Part shown: positions 58,886 to 64,000 of the stretch, one piece after another
Layout: the number at the start of each line of letters is the position of its first letter
Position numbering within the stretch: position 1 is the stretch's first letter
Source of the DNA: Calditrichia bacterium
Lineage (GTDB): Bacteria; Calditrichota; Calditrichia; RBG-13-44-9; J075
Reading direction: 5' to 3'
DNA length: 64,000 nucleotides
Assembly: GCA_050633245.1 (NCBI GenBank)
Contig: JBOEGD010000031.1
Span: forward strand, 1 to 64,000
Notes under the pieces: generated by a model
Seen by the model: the letters and a program-made list of their open reading frames with translations, nothing else
Told to the model about the DNA's origin: nothing
Databases searched by the model: none
Position numbers and translations under genes: made by a program

Positions 58886-59689
58886 TCATTTAAGAATACC
58901 CAGCTTTTTGAGAATTACGTTCGTTAGCGATACGCGCGCAGCGGCATAGGGCTGCGTGAACGCCTCATTTTCGAGGATGAGTGAAAAGAAATGCGTATCA
59001 TCTGCTGTCTCAACGTATCCAACATACCATCCTACATAACCTTCACCCTGCCGACACAGTCCGGTTTTAGCGCGTAAAACATAGCTTTCAGTCTCTTCCG
59101 CTAACATCAAACTCCGAACAGTTTCCATATTCTCTGCTGCAAAAGGCAAGGTTCCTGCGTGTAGTCTACGCAGCATTTCCACCTGCTGAAACGAGTTAAC
59201 GCGAGAGTCGCCAACTAACCAGAAGTTATCCACAGTTGAAGAATCGAAAACCAGTGTACCGTATTCCGGTATCTTATTAAGATGCTCACGCATTTTCAGA
59301 TAGCCTGTTTTTCTTGCCATTTCCTGATAGCAAGGAACGCAGGAAACGCGGAAGGCTGTTTGCAAATCCATATCCTTATTCCAGGGCTCATTCCAGCGCA
59401 TCTCACCATCCCAATACAGTGAATCAGCAGCCGAGCTTACAACCCCCGCCTCAAGCGCGATTAGTGAATTCACAATCTTATAGGTAGATGCCGGTAAAAA
59501 GCCTTCGACGCAATGGTCGTTATTATAAATGCGCCAGACCTTGTTTTTTTCCGAGAAGGTGAGAAATGATCCGGCATAGCCGCCGTTTTCCTCAAACGTC
59601 TTGGTTAAATCGATTTGTTCAACAGGACTCTTTGAGGGAAAGCAACCGGAGATTAAGCCAACAAAAATCAGCAGGGCAAAACGTTTCAT
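58886..59689 (-). CDS. Class D (OXA-like) beta-lactamase, lipoprotein
   Basis: PASTYK, SCV, FWL, KTG, GWYVG; lipobox ISGC. Confidence 0.9.
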   Translation of the reverse strand: MKRFALLIFVGLISGCFPSKSPVEQIDLTKTFEENGGYAGSFLTFSEKNKVWRIYNNDHCVEGFLPASTYKIVNSLIALEAGVVSSAADSLYWDGEMRWNEPWNKDMDLQTAFRVSCVPCYQEMARKTGYLKMREHLNKIPEYGTLVFDSSTVDNFWLVGDSRVNSFQQVEMLRRLHAGTLPFAAENMETVRSLMLAEETESYVLRAKTGLCRQGEGYVGWYVGYVETADDTHFFSLILENEAFTQPYAAARVSLTNVILKKLGILK

Positions 59690-60078
59690 TTTTTCATTCC
59701 CTTTTTTCTACTACGTTCGTGCATCTCGCGCGCCATTTCCAACACTTCATAAATAGATGTTTCCGGAATGTCGGCATCAACGTCCACAGGCAATACTTTG
59801 ATATACGTTCTATCACCCGCTACCAACGATGGATGCTCTAGTTGTGCCCCTTTGTGAATTCCGATATATGGCTGCTGCGTTTTTTTATCTTTCCATAAAT
59901 AGCAAAACGACTTCCCATTAAGATAGAAAAACGGCAGGCGATATTTCCACTCCTCGGTTATTGCATCATCAAACCGCAAAATGGTATCACGCAGAGCGAA
60001 AAAACAGCTGCGCAATGGCTTCGGCTGGGAGAAATAGAACTCCTGCAGCTCAAAAGTAATCTCATCTCGTTTATTCAT
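59686..60078 (-). CDS. DUF1801 domain protein
   Basis: ALRDTIL...ITEEWKYRLPFF...FCYLW. Confidence 0.85.
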   Translation of the reverse strand: MNKRDEITFELQEFYFSQPKPLRSCFFALRDTILRFDDAITEEWKYRLPFFYLNGKSFCYLWKDKKTQQPYIGIHKGAQLEHPSLVAGDRTYIKVLPVDVDADIPETSIYEVLEMAREMHERSRKKGMKK

Positions 60079-60140
60079 TTTGCCTCCTGTTCACTCACTT
60101 TCAGCTCTCACATTCGCTTTGCCAAGCTCAGCCAACTTCC

Positions 60141-60182
60141 TCACCGTTCACCGTTAACCGTTAACCGTTCACTGTTAACCGT
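60141..60182. repeat. Heptamer array (TMACYGT)x6 forming the 3' end of acpH
   Basis: TCACCGT TCACCGT TAACCGT TAACCGT TCACTGT TAACCGT; encodes TVNSERLTVNGER and the stop codon. Confidence 0.88.
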
Positions 60183-60755
60183 TTTCTGCCGCATCGCAAA
60201 GTCTACAAGCTCAGGATAGAACTCAAAAAAATCTTGCTCCAGTTCATTATAACACGCTTCCAATGCCTCAGCCCCTTCACCCAAAATGGTTGGTCGCGAC
60301 AGGCGTTTACCCATCCGTCGAAGAACAAGTTCGATACCGCTTATTTCACGGTAAGAGACCAACCAGTTTTCGCGAATCATATAGTCCGACGCGTATAGCA
60401 GGCGCTCGGGTAGTGAAGACGCATTTTCACGTAGCGCACTGTAAACACTTTGGGCGAATTTTTCAAGCGGCTCGGGGTGATAACGCACCCAGTGGATCGC
60501 AAGGAAATGATCATAGAACATATCGATCAGGATTCCTTTCAGTAATCGAAAACGATCATCTATCCGCTTTCGGCTGCGAATAAAGACTGGGTGATTATCT
60601 GTAAAGCTATCTATTTTTCGATGCAATATTATGGCATGATGTATTTTCGGCGGATGGTTGGAAGGATCAGATTTATCGCCGAAATCAGGCAGCAGACTTC
60701 CGATCCAGGCCTGAGGCTCTGGATCGGAAAGATGTAAATGAGCTAAAAAGTTCAA
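60141..60755 (-). CDS. acpH: Acyl carrier protein phosphodiesterase
   Basis: MNFLAHLHLS, G.LL.DF, LHR.ID.FTD.HP, D.FYDHFLA..W, F.EFYPEL. Confidence 0.92.
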   Translation of the reverse strand: MNFLAHLHLSDPEPQAWIGSLLPDFGDKSDPSNHPPKIHHAIILHRKIDSFTDNHPVFIRSRKRIDDRFRLLKGILIDMFYDHFLAIHWVRYHPEPLEKFAQSVYSALRENASSLPERLLYASDYMIRENWLVSYREISGIELVLRRMGKRLSRPTILGEGAEALEACYNELEQDFFEFYPELVDFAMRQKTVNSERLTVNGER

Positions 60756-61426
60756 TTTGCGTTTGCATTATGTACAGGTTTTCCATCTTCGTATTCCCAC
60801 TTAGACTTAACACGACCATCTTCATGCCACTGCATAACGGTTCCAACAATATCGCCTTTTACGTAGTTTGCCTGGGAACGTTTCTGGCCGTTTTCAAACC
60901 ATGCAACATATAGACTGTCCCGGAATCCATCGACATAACTGGTAACAAATTTCAGCTGGCCATTTTCGTACCAACCTTTGTGAGTACCGGTTTGCTTGCC
61001 CTCATCACTATAAGTCGTAATAAACTTTTCCTGTCCGTTTGGATACCATTGTGTTTCTATTCCGGTCTTTTTTCCATGATCAAAGACAACCTCAACGCGT
61101 TTATTTCCATCCTTATCATACCAACGCCATAGGCTATCGGACGTACCTTCAGTATACCTGCCTTCAGACTGTAGTTGCCCGCTTTCATACCAGGAGGCGG
61201 TTGGGCCATGTTCCTTGCCATTGAGATAGACAACTCGCTTGCGCATTTGCTCGTTGTGATAAAAGCTTGCTGCAACGCCAGTGTAAGGTGGAGTTTGTTC
61301 TGGTGCGTAGTGTAAGCCGGCATGTTCGATCATTTTTGTTAAATCCGTCATTGGCTCGGAAGACTCACAAGAACTCAGAACAACTGTTAAAGCAAGCATA
61401 AGTGAGAAGAGTATAAAATGTCGCAT
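60752..61426 (-). CDS. MORN-variant repeat (YwqK-like) lipoprotein
   Basis: Lipobox LSSC; repeated WYENGQ...Y..G. Confidence 0.88.
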   Translation of the reverse strand: MRHFILFSLMLALTVVLSSCESSEPMTDLTKMIEHAGLHYAPEQTPPYTGVAASFYHNEQMRKRVVYLNGKEHGPTASWYESGQLQSEGRYTEGTSDSLWRWYDKDGNKRVEVVFDHGKKTGIETQWYPNGQEKFITTYSDEGKQTGTHKGWYENGQLKFVTSYVDGFRDSLYVAWFENGQKRSQANYVKGDIVGTVMQWHEDGRVKSKWEYEDGKPVHNANAN

Positions 61427-61451
61427 TATGTAAAATTCCTCAATAGGTTTA

Positions 61452-62174
61452 CTATAGTGTTTCCAACTGCTGACTCAGACTGTCCAGCGGTGTTTCAAAA
61501 CTTTCCAAGAACAATTCAAACGTCATCTTGTTTCCAACAACTTCGCGCACTCGTGAGGCAGTGATAACCTCTGCATAGGTTTTGTAGCAATCAAGCGCAC
61601 TATTAAATTTCTGCGTGTCTTCAGCGAGTACTTCAAATTCACAACCGATATCTTCTTCGCGAATAAAGGTTAACTTATGAATACCTTTCTGCTGCTCTTT
61701 GGGTTCCCTTAGAGAAAAAAAAGCGAGGCGCTGTAAATACCCGGTTCCCTCGTCACGCATGGTTAAGAACAATCGTTTTACAACAGCATGGCACACTAGA
61801 TGATCGTGAAAACCGCTAATACCATGAACCGGATATGTAACCAAAACGTTTGGCCGTAGCCTCTCAATTTCAGTGCGAATCGCAGTCGCAATAATACGCG
61901 GATCCATTCGCTTAAACTCACTATCCGGCAAATCTAAAACTGTCATACTACTTAAACCAAGCACTTTTTGCACACATAACATCTCGTTATAGCGCACTTC
62001 CCCCATTTCCGCCTTGCTGAGTCCCAGACGCTTGCGTTCTTTAGTTGCTTCCCCCTTGGTAAGGGTAAGCAAATGGACTTCATTGCCATCTCGCAGCTGC
62101 TTTGTGATAGCGGGAGCAGGGCCAAATGATTCATCATCAGGATGAGGAAAAATGTAGAGAATTTTAACAGACAT
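61452..62174 (-). CDS. PIG-L/LmbE family deacetylase
   Basis: PHPDDE, LTKGE, R..E, GFHDH. Confidence 0.92.
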   Translation of the reverse strand: MSVKILYIFPHPDDESFGPAPAITKQLRDGNEVHLLTLTKGEATKERKRLGLSKAEMGEVRYNEMLCVQKVLGLSSMTVLDLPDSEFKRMDPRIIATAIRTEIERLRPNVLVTYPVHGISGFHDHLVCHAVVKRLFLTMRDEGTGYLQRLAFFSLREPKEQQKGIHKLTFIREEDIGCEFEVLAEDTQKFNSALDCYKTYAEVITASRVREVVGNKMTFELFLESFETPLDSLSQQLETL

Positions 62175-62307
62175 TGCTCGCCGGATGAGTTATGATGGCT
62201 AATGAGTTAGCTACTTCTGATTGCAATTTACAAAATTTCGCTACTGAATCAAATACGCAATCCGCTTAGGATTCGATACGTTAAGCACGTATATTTTCGC
62301 AACGATT

Positions 62308-63180
62308 ATGACAGGTATCCAAATGAAGATTTTTCCTAAGCATCTCCTTCAAAAAAGCCCGCAAATACTCAAATCTGATGGAGTTATCGGCCTCAAATAT
62401 GTTTCAGAATCTACCGGAGAAAAAAGTGAAGCCTATATGTCGGAACACGCGCTACTCTATGTGCAGAAGGGAGCTCAGATTGTTCATCAGGGCAATCGAT
62501 CTTTTATGATTGGACAGGGCGAGGCGATGTTTCTGAGGAGCAATAATTATTCAATCACCGAAATGGCGCTGAGCTCTCAGCACTATCAATGTATTATGCT
62601 TTTCTTCCAGGAAAGCTTTATCAAAGATTTTGTAGTGAGGCAAAACATCCATAGCTCGCCTATCGAGACATGCCCGGAGATTTTCAAGCTGGCTCCAGAC
62701 GATCGTGCAAAACTCTTAATTGAAAATATCCTCTTCGATAAAACAAATGAACCAACGGATCGAAAAGCACAATTCTCGCACAACGTTATTGAGCTGTTAT
62801 CAGAACTTCTTCAAGAAGACAAGAACAATAAATTTACTTCATTTTTAAATAGCCTGTGCTTTCGCCCAAAATTGGATCTCAAGCCTTTCATGGAGGATCG
62901 ATCCTACACACGAATTCCAATTGAGGCCCTCGCTAAACTATCCGGCCGCAGTCTCCGTTCTTTCGAAAGAGATTTTGAAGAAGCCTTTGATGAATCACCG
63001 AGCTCTTGGGTAAATCGCAAGCGCCTGGAACAAGCTTATTTTCTGCTAACCCATACTCCGGACAGCATCGCAGAGATCGGCAACACAGTAGGGTTTTCCA
63101 GCACCTCTGGCTTTATCGAAGCTTTTCAAAAAGCATATGACATGACGCCGCAAGAAGTCTCGGAGAAAGCTGGGAAATAG
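62308..63180 (+). CDS. AraC family transcriptional regulator
   Basis: LAKLSGRSLRSFERDF...SP..W...RLEQA...VGFSSTSGFI.AF. Confidence 0.92.
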   Translation: MTGIQMKIFPKHLLQKSPQILKSDGVIGLKYVSESTGEKSEAYMSEHALLYVQKGAQIVHQGNRSFMIGQGEAMFLRSNNYSITEMALSSQHYQCIMLFFQESFIKDFVVRQNIHSSPIETCPEIFKLAPDDRAKLLIENILFDKTNEPTDRKAQFSHNVIELLSELLQEDKNNKFTSFLNSLCFRPKLDLKPFMEDRSYTRIPIEALAKLSGRSLRSFERDFEEAFDESPSSWVNRKRLEQAYFLLTHTPDSIAEIGNTVGFSSTSGFIEAFQKAYDMTPQEVSEKAGK

Positions 63181-63198
63181 CTGTCTTTTCTGCTGCCA

Positions 63199-63416
63199 GA
63201 CTGGAGCATTGTTAGAATGGACCAGTCTGAGAATCTATGCACTACTATAGTACTTAGAAAAAAAGATCCAAATTTTGAATTGTTTATTTTTCAGTTTCAA
63301 AACCGCACTATCAGGCGCCTTGAACAACCAGCAAGTCGTGTGGAGGTAGTGAGGTGAGACCGCAGTTTTTATACAAATCAACAACAGGACTGGAGCATTG
63401 TCAGAATGGAGCAGTC
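63199..63416. repeat. Pair of imperfect palindromes GACTGGAGCATTGTYAGAATGGASCAGTC
   Basis: Copies at 63199-63227 and 63388-63416; share TGGAGCA arms with 18363 and 18423. Confidence 0.75.
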
Positions 63417-63459
63417 TTATTCTGAAAAAACAGCAAAGTTTTGAAAACTAAATTAAAAA

Positions 63460-64000
63460 CTAACGACGCTGCTCGAGCATCCATTCAAAAAGCGGCTCTT
63501 TTCCATACACTTTGCTCACAATATAATGTCCCTCATTCGTATAGCGAGTATACTTGGGGCTCCCCCCAGCTTTTCTGATTGCCGCAATTAGATTATCGGT
63601 AGATGAAACAGGCACAATCTTGTCTTTCGCACCATGGAAAGCCCAAATGGGAACGCCACTCAATTTATTGGCAAGACCAGCATCACCGAATCCGCAAATA
63701 GGTGCCACCGCCGCAAACCGCTCAGGATACTCCAAAGCCAGTTTCCACGCTCCTGCCCCACCCAGACTAACACCACTCAGATATATCCGTTCATAATCTA
63801 CATCCAGCTGCGCTAGAACATGATCCAATAATTGAATGAGCTGCTCGGAGTCGTCCCACTTCTTGCCGGCAGGACACTGTGGTGAAAGCACAATGAGCGG
63901 CAATTCCTTGCCACGAGCAATTAATGCTGGCGGACCATAACGCTTCAATTGTTGTAAATTATTCCCACGCAAAGACGCCCCGTGAAGATACAGTAAAAGA
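63460..64000 (-). CDS. Alpha/beta hydrolase (phospholipase/carboxylesterase-like), 5' end outside the window
   Basis: LLYLHG at the edge, SPQCP, GVSLGG nucleophile elbow, FHGAKD, EGH. Confidence 0.9.
   Translation of the reverse strand, partial: LLLYLHGASLRGNNLQQLKRYGPPALIARGKELPLIVLSPQCPAGKKWDDSEQLIQLLDHVLAQLDVDYERIYLSGVSLGGAGAWKLALEYPERFAAVAPICGFGDAGLANKLSGVPIWAFHGAKDKIVPVSSTDNLIAAIRKAGGSPKYTRYTNEGHYIVSKVYGKEPLFEWMLEQRR

Noticed and set aside
60141-60755. Functional link between AcpH and the FAAL-ACP-R protein
   Set aside because: They are 28 kb apart in unrelated gene runs, and nothing in the sequence connects them.
60752-61426. YwqK toxin-antitoxin module
   Set aside because: It is a MORN-repeat lipoprotein with no adjacent toxin gene.
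1-64000. Selenoprotein genes or selA/selB/selD near tRNA-Sec
   Set aside because: No sel genes are present, and I saw no TGA-interrupted ORF with a convincing continuation. This was not exhaustively checked.

Overview
This 64-kb bacterial window probably comes from the FCB group, most likely Calditrichota. That is inferred from secreted proteins ending in NYPNPFNP...KLMLLR (FlgD/Por-type tails), a Bacteroidota-style hybrid two-component system, a TonB receptor/DUF4249 pair and the DUF512-der-PTS-PGI/PMI gene order. Positions 43-51 kb are a core minus-strand run (DUF512 radical SAM, der, mannose-family PTS IIC/IID, HPr, EI, PGI/PMI) ending in tRNA-Sec. Downstream of the tRNA (1-42.6 kb) is a long accessory region of one- to four-gene modules separated by several families of palindromic repeats. 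It includes an integrase-less att-bounded islet. An EcoRII-like RM/Vsr cassette and a class D beta-lactamase lie at 55.9-59.7 kb. The strongest leads are: (1) an Avd-like four-helix-bundle gene inserted antisense into the der-PTS run between mutually complementary heptamer arrays, with more heptamer arrays at other gene 3' ends; (2) a same-strand ~90-nt repeat family with a predicted pseudoknot and a covarying stem that brackets gene modules near tRNA-Sec; (3) a two-armed array of 11-mer repeats with variable hairpin spacers just upstream of tRNA-Sec; (4) a P450 plus FAAL-ACP-reductase two-gene pathway; (5) an HTCS-linked operon with two phage-fibre-like secreted proteins; (6) two TIR-like receptor-type proteins. 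All calls come from reading motifs by eye; no searches were run.
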